DNA from: Parcubacteria group bacterium
Lineage (GTDB): Bacteria > Patescibacteriota > Minisyncoccia > SW-4-49-11
Direction: 5' to 3'
DNA: 64,000 nt
Assembly (NCBI GenBank): GCA_943354045.1
Contig: CALRBF010000001.1
Span: 343,598 to 407,597, forward strand
In this document: in pieces, positions 19,496 to 29,514 of the stretch
Layout of the letters: every line of letters begins with the position of its first letter
Numbering within the stretch: position 1 is the first letter of the stretch
Made by a program: the position numbers and the translations under genes
The notes under the pieces: generated by a model
Told to the model about the DNA's origin: nothing
Database searches by the model: none
What the model saw: only the letters and a program-made list of their open reading frames with translations

Positions 19496-20521
19496 ATGAA
19501 TAAAAAAATCCAAAAATCGGATCAAGAGCTACGCCATACACAACAAAATCAGATTGTGATTTATACAGGAGAAGATGGGCAATCTCGTCTAGAGGTAAAA
19601 TTTCAAGGAGAAACAGTTTGGCTAACACAGGCTCAGTTAGTAGACTTATTTCAATCCAGTAAAGCTAATATAAGCGAGCATATCAAAAATATATTTTTAG
19701 AAGGTGAATTAGATAAAAATTCAGTTGTTCGGAATTTCCGAACAACTGCCACAGATGGAAAAAATTATGAAGTAGAACACTATAATCTTGACCTCATAAT
19801 ATCACTCGGATACAGAGTTAAATCCAAAATAGCAACACAATTCCGTATTTGGGCAACTCAACATCTCAAAGAATATATCACCAAAGGCTTCACAATAGAT
19901 TCAGAAAAATTAAAAAATCTAGGAGGAGGAAATTATTGGAAAGAACTTCTAGAACAAATTAGAGATATAAGAAGTAGTGAAAAAGTACTTTATCGTCAAG
20001 TATTAGACCTATATGCAACAGCAATAGATTATAATCCAAACTCACAAGAATCATTAGAATTCTTTAAAACCATACAAAACAAATTACATTTTGCAGCACA
20101 TGGGCACACAGCCGCTGAGGTCATATACCTAAGAGTAGATTCAGACAAGCCATTTGTAGGACTACAAAACTTCAAAGGTAAACAACCAACCCAAGCAGAA
20201 GCAATGATAGCCAAAAACTTTTTATCCTTAACTGAATTAAAAATACTAAATAATTTAGTATCAGCCTACTTTGATTTTGCCGAGATAAATGCTATAGAAC
20301 AAAAGTTAATGAAAATGCAAGATTATATAATAGAATTAGACAATATTTTGCAATCTGCAGGTAGAAAACAATTATTCAATGTAGGTAAAATTAGTAATCA
20401 GGAAGCAATAGATAAAGCAACTACAGAATATAAAAAATATAAAGCCAAAACACTCAGCGAGGTAGAAAAAGCCTACTTAAAATCTATTAAAACCCTACAA
20501 AAAGATATAAAGAAAAAATAA
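19496..20521 (+). CDS. RhuM-family (virulence protein RhuM-like) DNA-binding protein
   Basis: The N-terminus IVIYTGEDGQSRLEVKFQGETVWLTQAQLVDLF...SEHIKNIF...RNFRTTATDGKNYEVEHYNLDLIISLGYRVKS..QFRIWATQ is a strong RhuM signature. Confidence 0.8.
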   Translation: MNKKIQKSDQELRHTQQNQIVIYTGEDGQSRLEVKFQGETVWLTQAQLVDLFQSSKANISEHIKNIFLEGELDKNSVVRNFRTTATDGKNYEVEHYNLDLIISLGYRVKSKIATQFRIWATQHLKEYITKGFTIDSEKLKNLGGGNYWKELLEQIRDIRSSEKVLYRQVLDLYATAIDYNPNSQESLEFFKTIQNKLHFAAHGHTAAEVIYLRVDSDKPFVGLQNFKGKQPTQAEAMIAKNFLSLTELKILNNLVSAYFDFAEINAIEQKLMKMQDYIIELDNILQSAGRKQLFNVGKISNQEAIDKATTEYKKYKAKTLSEVEKAYLKSIKTLQKDIKKK

Positions 20522-20535
20522 GTATGAAAAATACA

Positions 20536-20588
20536 GGCGACTGAAAGGTCACTACTACGAAAAACTATGTCGGCGGGGTCGCCGACTC
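20536..20588 (+). repeat. Short GC-rich repeat (GGCGACTGAAAGG / CTACGAAAAACT family)
   Basis: CAGGCGACTGAAAGGTCACTACTACGAAAAACTATGTCGGCGGGGTCGCCGACTCTACGAAAAACTG. Related copies occur at 7215-7262 (inverted), 31640-31720 and 63841-63920. Confidence 0.6.
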
Positions 20589-20631
20589 TACGAAAAACTG
20601 GAGGGACTTAAAGCCTTCGCTACAAACATAA
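20589..20631 (+). repeat. 43-bp direct repeat, right copy, flanking the RhuM cassette
   Basis: See 19392-19434. Confidence 0.85.
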
Positions 20632-20658
20632 ACATAATTCATAATTAAAAATCACCCT

Positions 20659-21327
20659 ATGAATATACAAACCTTTACTCAAGAAGGAGACTGGATTCAA
20701 GCTAGCACTGAGAAAATTGCTAATAATTTATATGAGCAAATTCAAGCCAAGGGAGATGCAAATTTAGCTGTGTCAGGGGGCACTACTCCTTTTGTGATTT
20801 ATCAGGAATTGGCGAAACAAGCTCTAGATTTCTCACAAGTTGATTTGATTCAAGTAGATGAGCGCTATGTACCGGAAAATAATCCAGAATCTAATTGGAA
20901 AAATGTATCTAAGAGTTTTGAGGGAGTAGATTTTAGACAAACTATTAGATTTGAATATTTAGACCAAATTCAAGACACATTAGCTCTAGCACAAGCCAAA
21001 CTTCCACCACAACTCGGTATCACAATACTAGGTATGGGTATGGACGGACATTTTGCATCACTTTTTGCAGGAGGGGAATATTGGGATAATATATCCAATA
21101 ATAAAGCTCTGATAACGGATGCTCCTGATAATTATATAACTCAGGAGAGATTAAGTCTTAGTCCTGAATATATACTTAATTCGGAGTGTATAATTGTATT
21201 ATTAAAAGGAGAAGATAAATATAATTATCTGATTAATTCTCTCAATCAAAATCATATACCTAAAGAATTTCCTTTACAATATATTGTAGGCCATCCTAAT
21301 TTAGTCATATATTGCTATTTAGATTGA
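20659..21327 (+). CDS. pgl: 6-phosphogluconolactonase (NagB/Pgl/RpiA sugar-phosphate isomerase fold)
   Basis: Motifs LAVSGGTTP, VDERYVP, GMGMDGHFASLF. Confidence 0.65.
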   Translation: MNIQTFTQEGDWIQASTEKIANNLYEQIQAKGDANLAVSGGTTPFVIYQELAKQALDFSQVDLIQVDERYVPENNPESNWKNVSKSFEGVDFRQTIRFEYLDQIQDTLALAQAKLPPQLGITILGMGMDGHFASLFAGGEYWDNISNNKALITDAPDNYITQERLSLSPEYILNSECIIVLLKGEDKYNYLINSLNQNHIPKEFPLQYIVGHPNLVIYCYLD

Positions 21328-21360
21328 TATGTTATACTAAAAACAGATAAACAAAATACA

Positions 21361-22503
21361 ATGACAAAAAATATAAAACAATATCAGTTTATTAGAGCTG
21401 TAGCAATATTATCGGGTACTATTATTGGTGCTGGAACCCTTGCTATTCCTTATACCATTTATTATGCTGGGTATTGGTTAGGAATATTATATTTAGTGAT
21501 ATTGGGAATTGTAATGTTGACATTACATTTAATGCTGGGTGAAGTGAGTTTGAGAACAAAAGGAATTGTACAAGTACCAGAGCTTATAAAAAAATACCTT
21601 GGCAAAAAAGGATATTTATTAGCTATGCTCTCAACAATATTTATCATATATGGAGCGATGACAGCTTATATTAGAGCGGCGGGAGATATGGTTAATGCGA
21701 TAATTCCATCGAATTCCTTTGCATGGTCAATTGTATTTTTTAGTATTGGAAGTTATTTGATTATAAAGGGCTTAAAAGTAGTAAGTAAATGGGAATTGGT
21801 ATTTGGTATAGGTATGCTCCTTATTATTATGACTATATGGCTAAAAGCTATGTATACCCAAAGTATTGATTGGTCTCAATTTTCTATTAATCCAAGTATT
21901 TCATTCTCCCATGCTATTGCTCCCTATGGGATAATATTATTTTCCTATTTTGGGCTTATTACGGTACCACAGCTGAAAAAAATATTGGGAAAACAAAGTG
22001 TTAAAATGAAATCAGCGATACAATTAGGATTATTAATACCAATTCTTCTTTATAGTATATTTGTAACCTTAGTAATAGGAGTGGCGGGATCAGATATTAC
22101 AAAAGTTGCTACCATAGCCCTTGGAGCAAAAATGGGGCCACAGGTACTCGGCATTATTACGGTATTTGCCCTTTTAGCCATGATAACCTCATTTATTACT
22201 ATGGGAATTGCTTTAATAAATTCTTATATTTCTTTTGGTAATATATCAAGACTAACAGCTACCATTATTACAGTAATACCACCTATTGCTATACTTACCT
22301 TAGATTGGGCTGAGTTTGATACTATTATTCGCTATGCGGGAGGAATAGGAATTAGTATAATATCTATACTAATTGTATTAATGTTTTGGCGATCAAAAGT
22401 TACAGGTAAAATAAACCCAGCTTATAGCTTGGGGCATTTGAAATGGGTTGGTATAGGTATGATTGTGATATTTAGTTTTGGAATACTCAGTTTATTCCTG
22501 TAA
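21361..22503 (+). CDS. Amino-acid permease-like transporter (about 11 TM)
   Basis: Polytopic membrane protein. The N-terminus resembles aromatic amino-acid/Aa_trans permeases. Confidence 0.45.
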   Translation: MTKNIKQYQFIRAVAILSGTIIGAGTLAIPYTIYYAGYWLGILYLVILGIVMLTLHLMLGEVSLRTKGIVQVPELIKKYLGKKGYLLAMLSTIFIIYGAMTAYIRAAGDMVNAIIPSNSFAWSIVFFSIGSYLIIKGLKVVSKWELVFGIGMLLIIMTIWLKAMYTQSIDWSQFSINPSISFSHAIAPYGIILFSYFGLITVPQLKKILGKQSVKMKSAIQLGLLIPILLYSIFVTLVIGVAGSDITKVATIALGAKMGPQVLGIITVFALLAMITSFITMGIALINSYISFGNISRLTATIITVIPPIAILTLDWAEFDTIIRYAGGIGISIISILIVLMFWRSKVTGKINPAYSLGHLKWVGIGMIVIFSFGILSLFL

Positions 22504-24525
22504 ATTTTTAATTAAGGATATTTCATCTCGTAAATCTTTTGCTTTCTCAAAATCCAATGCTTGAGCCGCTATATTCATTTGTTTGGTTAATTCTTCTATA
22601 ATAAATTCTCGCTCAGATATATCGAGGGAAGATATTTTTTGCTCCAATAGCTCTTTTTTCTTATCTTTGATAATACTTGACCGTATATCTTTTTTAATTC
22701 CCTGAGGTTTAATATTATGAGCAGTATTATATGTTTCTTGAATATCTCGGCGACGATTAGTCTCAGCAATAGCTCTCTCAATGGATTTAGTTCTTTTATT
22801 GGCATACAGAATAACCTTTCCATTTTGATGTCGGGCAGCTCTTCCAATTGTTTGAATCAGAGAGGTTTCATTACGCAAAAACCCTTCTTTATCTGCATCC
22901 AGAATGGCAACTAATGATACCTCGGGTAAATCCAATCCTTCTCGGAGTAAATTAATACCAACTAAAACATCAAATTCCCCTTGCCGTAATTTGGTGAGAA
23001 TTTCAGGTCTATCTAAGGTATCGATATCTGAGTGTAAATATTCAGTTTTTATATCACGCTCTTTGAGATAATCTGTGATATCTTCAGCCATTCTTTTAGT
23101 AAGAGTTAATATCAATACTCTTTCATCCTTGGCAATAATAGTACCAATTTCCTGAATAATATCTTGAATTTGATTATCTGTAGGTCTAATTTCAATAATG
23201 GGTTCCAAAAGTCCGGTAGGGCGAATAATTTGCTCTGCAATACCATCGGGACTTTCTTTATATTGCTGTAATTCAATAATAGAATGAACAGTATCATTGG
23301 TAGAATGAGCTAATTCATATTCTCCAGGAGTAGCAGAAACATACACAATATGAGGTATTTTAGCTTCAAACTCATAGAATTTTAAAGGCCTATTGTCCGC
23401 GGCAGAAGGTAATCTAAATCCAAAATCAATCAGGTTTTTTTTGCGAGCAGCGTCCCCATTGTGCATACCTCTAACTTGGGGGAGAGTAATATGAGACTCA
23501 TCAACTAAAGTAAGAAATTCATTGTCAGACTCAAGAAAATAATCGATTAGAGTATAAGGAGGCTCTCCCGGTGCACGACCCGTTAAATAGCGAGAATAAT
23601 TCTCAATTCCTTTAGTGAAACCGACCTCAGATAACATTTCTGCATCATAATTCACTCTTTCCTCAATACGCTGAGCCTCTACTAATTTATTGTGCTTTTT
23701 AAAAAATGCTACTCTTTCAGCCATCTCCTCCTTGATAAGGGGAATCATATTATCTACCTTAGTTCGGGTAGAAATCCAATGAGTAGCGGGGAATATTCGA
23801 TAAGAATCAATATACTTGGCAGGAAGTTGTTCCAAAATACTATCCTGATATTCATTATAGGAAATAGTTTCAATAGTATCTCCCCAAAAGCTAATTTTGA
23901 CCAAGCGCTTTTCTCCAGGTTCATGAATTTCTACCACATCTCCCTTGATACGAAAGCATCCCGGTTTAAAATCAATATCATTACGGCTATACTGAATACT
24001 AATCAAAGAGCGTATAAAATCATCTCTTTGAACTTTTTGCCCAATTTCAATAATTACCGATAAGTTCCCATAATCTTCAGGCGATCCAATACCATAAATA
24101 CAAGATACTGATGAAATAATAATAGTATCAGGATTTGATAATAAACTTTGAGTAGCTGCATGACGTAATCGCTCTACCTGATCATTGGTCATCGACTCTT
24201 TTTCAATATACGTATCAGAAGAGGGAAGATAGCTTTCAGGTTGATAATAATCATAATAAGATACAAAATAATGAACATTGTTCTCCGGAAAAAAGTCACG
24301 AAACTCCTGATATAATTGAGCCGCAAGAGTTTTATTATGAGAAATAATAAGAGTTGGTTTTTGATACTTTTCGATCAAATGAGCCATAGTAAAGGTTTTT
24401 CCTGAACCAGTTACTCCCAGTAGGGTTTGATGGGCGCGGCCCTCAGCCAGCCCTCGACTTAATTTGTCGATGGCTTGAGGCTGATCACCTTTCGGCTCAT
24501 AATGAGAGGAAATTTTAAACTTCAT
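22492..24525 (-). CDS. uvrB: Excinuclease ABC subunit B
   Basis: EPKGDQPQAI, GVTGSGKTFT, helicase motifs, beta-hairpin and C-terminal UvrB domain. The start is chosen at MKFKI (ATG at 24525); the ORF track extends to 24567. Confidence 0.92.
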   Translation of the reverse strand: MKFKISSHYEPKGDQPQAIDKLSRGLAEGRAHQTLLGVTGSGKTFTMAHLIEKYQKPTLIISHNKTLAAQLYQEFRDFFPENNVHYFVSYYDYYQPESYLPSSDTYIEKESMTNDQVERLRHAATQSLLSNPDTIIISSVSCIYGIGSPEDYGNLSVIIEIGQKVQRDDFIRSLISIQYSRNDIDFKPGCFRIKGDVVEIHEPGEKRLVKISFWGDTIETISYNEYQDSILEQLPAKYIDSYRIFPATHWISTRTKVDNMIPLIKEEMAERVAFFKKHNKLVEAQRIEERVNYDAEMLSEVGFTKGIENYSRYLTGRAPGEPPYTLIDYFLESDNEFLTLVDESHITLPQVRGMHNGDAARKKNLIDFGFRLPSAADNRPLKFYEFEAKIPHIVYVSATPGEYELAHSTNDTVHSIIELQQYKESPDGIAEQIIRPTGLLEPIIEIRPTDNQIQDIIQEIGTIIAKDERVLILTLTKRMAEDITDYLKERDIKTEYLHSDIDTLDRPEILTKLRQGEFDVLVGINLLREGLDLPEVSLVAILDADKEGFLRNETSLIQTIGRAARHQNGKVILYANKRTKSIERAIAETNRRRDIQETYNTAHNIKPQGIKKDIRSSIIKDKKKELLEQKISSLDISEREFIIEELTKQMNIAAQALDFEKAKDLRDEISLIKNLQE

Positions 24526-24630
24526 ATCTATTAGTATATCATTAAATATTGCGATAGCAATGCTCATAAAAATATATTCACCAAATGAAATATATATGAT
24601 ACAATAAAGTTAACTTAGAATATACTCAAT

Positions 24631-25011
24631 ATGGCAGAAAATAAAAAAACAGTACTACTCATAGAAGATGATATCTTTCTTAGAGAACTAGTTGGTATAA
24701 AATTACGTAAGTCCAAATATCAGGTAACAGAAGCTTCTAATGGTCAAGAGGGATTAGAAAAATTATTAGCTCAAGAATATGATATTGTGCTTTTGGATAT
24801 TATGCTTCCGATCAAGACGGGCTTTGAAGTATTAGAAGAATATAAGAAAAAAAAGCCAGATACTATTAATTCTAAAATTGTAATAATGAGTAATCTTAAT
24901 GAACAAAACTATATTACCAAAGCTTTAAAATTGGGTGCAATCGATTATGTTATTAAAGCACATTATTCTCCCACTGAAATAGTAGCAAAGATTAATCAAT
25001 TATTACAATAA
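24631..25011 (+). CDS. Stand-alone response regulator receiver domain (CheY-like)
   Basis: Acidic pocket EDD, phospho-acceptor D in VLLDIMLP, conserved K, 126 aa. Confidence 0.75.
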   Translation: MAENKKTVLLIEDDIFLRELVGIKLRKSKYQVTEASNGQEGLEKLLAQEYDIVLLDIMLPIKTGFEVLEEYKKKKPDTINSKIVIMSNLNEQNYITKALKLGAIDYVIKAHYSPTEIVAKINQLLQ

Positions 25012-25012
25012 T

Positions 25013-26149
25013 ATGAAAACTTTTCTCAAGCGTTGGAATACCTTAACCACTAAACAAAAATATACGGTATATGGAATTATAATTCTGATAGTGGGAGTTT
25101 CTGGTATAGGAATATATGCTTTTACACGTAGTTCAGACACTTCTTCCGATATAGTTGCCGGTACACAAGATAAAAAAACTGATGCGGCCAGAAATATATT
25201 AAACCCAAGTGAAGAGGAAATTACAAATGCGAGTCCACTGAGTGGTATTCAATGTGATAATTATAAACAAAGACCTGTGGCTGTAATGATGGCGGGAGAC
25301 GCTGTAGCAAGGCCATTATCTGGACTTAGTCAGGCAGATATTGTGGTAGAAATGCCCGTAATAACTGGTAGTGTAACAAGATTAATGGGAGTTTTTGTGT
25401 GTAATCTGCCACAAGAAGTTGGTTCAATTCGTAGTGCTAGACATGATTACATTAGTTTAGTAAGAGGTTGGGATGCCATTTATGTACACTGGGGAGGGTC
25501 TCACTTCGCTCTTGATGAGCTCAAAACAGGTAAGAGATATTCTGGTGAAGATTTAGGAAAAATATCAGATATTGATGCGATGTCATCAAGCGGACCATTT
25601 TTCCGTAAAAGCACAGCCCCAGCTCCTCACAATGGATTTGCTTCCTTACCAAAAGTTCTAGATTTAGCAAAATCTCGAGGTTATTCTCTTACTACTGACT
25701 TTGAGGGATATAATTTTCAAAGTAATCAAAATATTGACTCTGAAAAAGCAAATGCAAAAAATGGAACTTTATATGTAGGGTTTGGAGGAGTGTTCGCAAC
25801 TCGTTGGCAATATAATAAAGATACCAATAGTTATACTCGATATTGGGCTGGACAAAAAGATACTGATAGAGGGAATAATAATGCAGATATTACCCCTAAA
25901 AATATTGTTGTTATCAGAGCAGAGTCTCGACAAATTGAGGGACAATATAATGAGGTTAGTCTTTATGGTAAAGGAGAGGGAAAACTATATCAAAATGGTC
26001 AAGAAAAAACCATTGCTTGGAAAAAAGATGGGTTTAAAGATACTTTGAGATTCTATAATGAAGCAGGGGAAGAAATTGCACTTGTTCCGGGATCAACTTT
26101 TATTCAAGTTCTCGAACCAAATCAAAGTTTGAAATGGGAGCTTAATTAG
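25013..26149 (+). CDS. DUF3048-like secreted/membrane-anchored protein
   Basis: N-terminal TM. The motif RPVAVMMAGDAVARPLSGLSQADIVVEMPV resembles YerB/DUF3048. Probably co-transcribed with the receiver gene. Confidence 0.45.
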   Translation: MKTFLKRWNTLTTKQKYTVYGIIILIVGVSGIGIYAFTRSSDTSSDIVAGTQDKKTDAARNILNPSEEEITNASPLSGIQCDNYKQRPVAVMMAGDAVARPLSGLSQADIVVEMPVITGSVTRLMGVFVCNLPQEVGSIRSARHDYISLVRGWDAIYVHWGGSHFALDELKTGKRYSGEDLGKISDIDAMSSSGPFFRKSTAPAPHNGFASLPKVLDLAKSRGYSLTTDFEGYNFQSNQNIDSEKANAKNGTLYVGFGGVFATRWQYNKDTNSYTRYWAGQKDTDRGNNNADITPKNIVVIRAESRQIEGQYNEVSLYGKGEGKLYQNGQEKTIAWKKDGFKDTLRFYNEAGEEIALVPGSTFIQVLEPNQSLKWELN

Positions 26150-26168
26150 TGATTAGCTTGCGACAATC

Positions 26169-27191
26169 GTGATTATATCAATTTCTGGACCAGATACCTA
26201 TCGTTCAAGAGAAAAACTTTATTCTATACAAGAATTAGGAATTCAGAAACAGGCAAAACAAGAAGTCTTTGATTTTACTGAAATTGTATTGCCAGACACT
26301 CCGGAAATAGTATTGTCTCGATTAAAACAAAGTCTCAATACGAGTTCTTTATTCACTGAAAAAAGATTACTTATTATTAGAGGATTAGCTTCCCTGCCTA
26401 AAGCATTATATACCACAATTAAAAAAAGTTTATCTATTCTCAAAGATAATGCCGATATTATTGTATTATTTTATGATACAGTAAGTATACTCAAAACCCA
26501 TCCACTAACAAAAACTTTAGATCAAGTAAAAGCAAAAAACACAGAATATACTTTTTTATCAGAACCAAAAGTAATAGCCTATATTCATCAAATGAGTTTA
26601 GATCAAGGTATAGATATCAAAAGAGATGGTATTATATATCTTATTTCTTATCAAAAAGCGCAGTATACATTAGCTCAAGAAAAATCAGATAATAGGTCAA
26701 AATCAAAAGCCAATGCCTTTCAAATAGATTTATATGCAATAGAATTGCTCTTAAATACATTATATAACTACTATAAAAATAAGCCTATTACGGTTGAAAT
26801 GCTCAAAGTAATACTCCCACAAGAGCAATCATATAGTATATTTTCTTTAGCTGAATCAATATATGCAAGGAATTATGGCAAATATATAGCAACATTAAAC
26901 TTTCTTCAAAAACAAGGTATAGAAGGGATAAAAGTGTATGGATTATTATTATCCCAAATCAAGACAGCACTTATTATCAAAATGTCTCAGGAAAGCCAAA
27001 AACAATATATTGATTATATAAAAGGTCATCCCTATATACTCAAAATAACTGCTCAGAATATTCAGTCTTGGAACTCTAAAGACCTCAAAAAAATATATTT
27101 AAATCTAATACAAGGAGACTATGAAATTAAATTTGAAGGTAAGGATTCTTATGAAAAACTGAAATCGATTGTCCTACAAATGAATATGTAG
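26169..27191 (+). CDS. holA: Probable DNA polymerase III delta subunit
   Basis: Size and N-terminal pattern are HolA-like. Weak. Confidence 0.35.
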   Translation: MIISISGPDTYRSREKLYSIQELGIQKQAKQEVFDFTEIVLPDTPEIVLSRLKQSLNTSSLFTEKRLLIIRGLASLPKALYTTIKKSLSILKDNADIIVLFYDTVSILKTHPLTKTLDQVKAKNTEYTFLSEPKVIAYIHQMSLDQGIDIKRDGIIYLISYQKAQYTLAQEKSDNRSKSKANAFQIDLYAIELLLNTLYNYYKNKPITVEMLKVILPQEQSYSIFSLAESIYARNYGKYIATLNFLQKQGIEGIKVYGLLLSQIKTALIIKMSQESQKQYIDYIKGHPYILKITAQNIQSWNSKDLKKIYLNLIQGDYEIKFEGKDSYEKLKSIVLQMNM

Positions 27192-27246
27192 TTAAGATAT
27201 ATGATAAAAACTATTTAAAATGTGGATAACTAGTCTATACAAAATC

Positions 27247-27256
27247 GGGGGGGGGG
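27247..27256 (+). promoter_or_regulatory. G10 homopolymer tract in the upstream region of 27292-28443
   Basis: AAAATCGGGGGGGGGGTGATAG. Candidate slipped-strand phase-variation tract. A similar CGGGGGGGGTGGATAG lies at 63752-63768. Confidence 0.35.
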
Positions 27257-27291
27257 TGATAGTATAAGTATATAAAATATAATATAATAAT

Positions 27292-28443
27292 ATGCAATTC
27301 AAAAAAGAATTATTATTAAGCTCACTATTTATCGGAATATTTTTTACATTAACCCCATATAGTAATGCAAAAATTGAATGTAAAAATATTTATGGTAATT
27401 TAGCAGGGGAAACTCCAGCAGATGATGAGCTTTGTCAGGGGATAATATATAACGAAATCCCAGGGAGAGCTTTTCCTAATGGGAGTATTATCAAGAAGAA
27501 AAATTATCCTCAAGTTTATTATATAGAAAATTTTCAAAAAAGAGCAATAGAGTCCCCAGCCTTATTTGAATCTCGTAATTTTGATTGGAATGCTTTAATT
27601 ATATCTTCAGAATGGGATGTAGACCTGATGCAGTTGTCTTATGACTCTACCAATACTTTTATTGGAGAAGATGGAGCTCCACTAACATTTAGAGACGGGT
27701 CATTATTATCTAATAGGGGCGGAGTCTATATTATATCGGATGGATTAAGAAGACCAATAGTATCACCCGCAGCTTTCCTAAGATTAGGATTCAAATGGAA
27801 TAATGTAAAAGCAGTATCAGACGCTGAACTTAATCTTCACCCACTAGGAGAAGCAGTTACTACAACATCTAATTATCCTGATGGAGTAGTGATTAAAACA
27901 GGTGGTGGGAAAATGTATTTAGTCGATGATGATAAAAGAAGATATATCCCATCTCCTTTAGTATTTGATTCTCTATTCAAATGGAATGAAACGGTAGATT
28001 TGTCTTTGGCTGTAGCTCCCGTATATAATCCAAGTGAAAAAGGGGATGTTATTATCCGAGATGGTGTTTTGATATCAGGAGAGGGTAAGGTGTGGGTAAC
28101 AGAATCAGGCAAAAAGATACCAATATATAGCCCAGAAATTTTTGAGAGCCTAGGATTGTCTTGGGGGCAAGTAAAGCCTGCTAGTACTTTTGATATGAAT
28201 AATATCCCAACTAATAATTCGAGTGATTTAGGGAAAAATATAAGGGTTTTTGCAGATGGAACTGCATTAAAATCAGATAGTTCTTCGCAAATTTATTATT
28301 CTAAGGCGGGTATATTACGTCCAATCAATACACCAGAGAGATTTTACTCCCGCTATCAGAATTTTAATCAGGTGATAACTGTACCAAAAAGACTTATAGA
28401 TAAATATCCTATTGGAAGTGAACTTCCTCCAAGTCCATATTAA
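27292..28443 (+). CDS. Secreted protein with five about 48-aa tandem repeats
   Basis: Signal peptide/TM. Repeat consensus G.Y.I..G.rR.I.SP..F.SlGf.W..V..V. Followed by a bidirectional terminator at 28455-28500. Confidence 0.4.
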   Translation: MQFKKELLLSSLFIGIFFTLTPYSNAKIECKNIYGNLAGETPADDELCQGIIYNEIPGRAFPNGSIIKKKNYPQVYYIENFQKRAIESPALFESRNFDWNALIISSEWDVDLMQLSYDSTNTFIGEDGAPLTFRDGSLLSNRGGVYIISDGLRRPIVSPAAFLRLGFKWNNVKAVSDAELNLHPLGEAVTTTSNYPDGVVIKTGGGKMYLVDDDKRRYIPSPLVFDSLFKWNETVDLSLAVAPVYNPSEKGDVIIRDGVLISGEGKVWVTESGKKIPIYSPEIFESLGLSWGQVKPASTFDMNNIPTNNSSDLGKNIRVFADGTALKSDSSSQIYYSKAGILRPINTPERFYSRYQNFNQVITVPKRLIDKYPIGSELPPSPY

Positions 28444-28505
28444 AATAACACTTAATATAACCTAAAAAGCTCCCAAATAAATCGGGAGCTTTTTAGGTTT
28501 AGGAC

Positions 28506-28775
28506 TTATTTGGTATCTAATGCTTGATTAAGTTTGGTCATAAGACGTGATTTTTTACGGGCTGCAGAATTCTTTTTTAAGATTCCTCGTTTAGCAGTCT
28601 TATCAATTGCCTTATAAACATTAGGCATAAATTCCTGAGCTTTTGTAATATCAGTTGAAAGATATCCTATAAACTCCTTTACAGAGTTTTTTAGTCTTTT
28701 CTTTACGATATTATTCTCAGCATTTTTCTTGAGAGATTGTCGATGTGCTTTAATAGCAGATTGTGTAATAGGCAT
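28506..28775 (-). CDS. rpsT: 30S ribosomal protein S20
   Basis: The basic helical protein MPITQSAIKAHRQSLKKN... matches S20. Confidence 0.85.
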   Translation of the reverse strand: MPITQSAIKAHRQSLKKNAENNIVKKRLKNSVKEFIGYLSTDITKAQEFMPNVYKAIDKTAKRGILKKNSAARKKSRLMTKLNQALDTK

Positions 28776-28779
28776 AGAT

Positions 28780-29004
28780 TTATCTGGTTACATAAGGAAT
28801 AATTGATAAAAACCGAGCTCTTTTCATAGACTTGGACAGATTTCTCTGATGATTTGCTCGAGTTCCTGTTCGGCGTGATGCTACGATTTTAGCTTGAGGA
28901 GTTAAAAACATCTTCAAAGTAACTGCATCCTTATAGTCTATTGCAACATTATTAGTGCTAAAATAGCATACCTTAGGGACTTTCTTCTTATTGTTCGTTC
29001 TCAT
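28780..29004 (-). CDS. rpsR: 30S ribosomal protein S18
   Basis: CYFS..IDYKD...LKMFLTPQAKI..RRTG match S18. Confidence 0.85.
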   Translation of the reverse strand: MRTNNKKKVPKVCYFSTNNVAIDYKDAVTLKMFLTPQAKIVASRRTGTRANHQRNLSKSMKRARFLSIIPYVTR

Positions 29005-29018
29005 ACGTGGTAAATTAA

Positions 29019-29495
29019 TTAAAATGGAATTTCTTCTAAATCGATTTCATCCTCATCTAGGTTGACAGTAGGAAGTTCTTCCTGAATGTCAGCTACTGGC
29101 TTTGAGGCGGTAGGCCTAGGAGTGCTTGGTCTAGACGCTGGGCTTGAAGGAGCTCCTGCTCCTGATGAACCCTTTGGTCCAAATTGAAATGACTCAATAA
29201 TAATTTCTGTACGATATTTTTTTTGTCCATCTTGGGCTTCCCATGATCGGGTCTGTAATCTTCCCTCTACAAGGATAAGAGAACCTTTTCTGAGATATTG
29301 GCTAATAGTATCAGCCTGCTTTCCATAAGCTACTACATTGTGATATTCAGCTGTTTCTTGCTTTTGTCCCTGCTTATCAACCCATGTGCGATTGGTGGCG
29401 AGGCTAAAACTTGATACAGATGATCCACTTGGTAAAGCTTTGAACTCAGGATCTTGAGTAAGATTTCCAATAAGATAGACTTTATTTAAATACAT
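29019..29495 (-). CDS. ssb: Single-stranded DNA-binding protein
   Basis: OB-fold motifs LIGNLTQDPE, HNVVAYGKQA; acidic C-terminal tail ending DLEEIPF. Confidence 0.9.
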   Translation of the reverse strand: MYLNKVYLIGNLTQDPEFKALPSGSSVSSFSLATNRTWVDKQGQKQETAEYHNVVAYGKQADTISQYLRKGSLILVEGRLQTRSWEAQDGQKKYRTEIIIESFQFGPKGSSGAGAPSSPASRPSTPRPTASKPVADIQEELPTVNLDEDEIDLEEIPF

Positions 29496-29514
29496 ACAGC
29501 AATTATATTAATGT

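Noticed and set aside
27221-27234. DnaA-box-like TGTGGATAA at 27225-27233 and again at 44826-44834, with the window starting in dnaN
   Set aside because: Only isolated single boxes far from dnaN. There is no cluster or AT-rich DUE, so no origin call.
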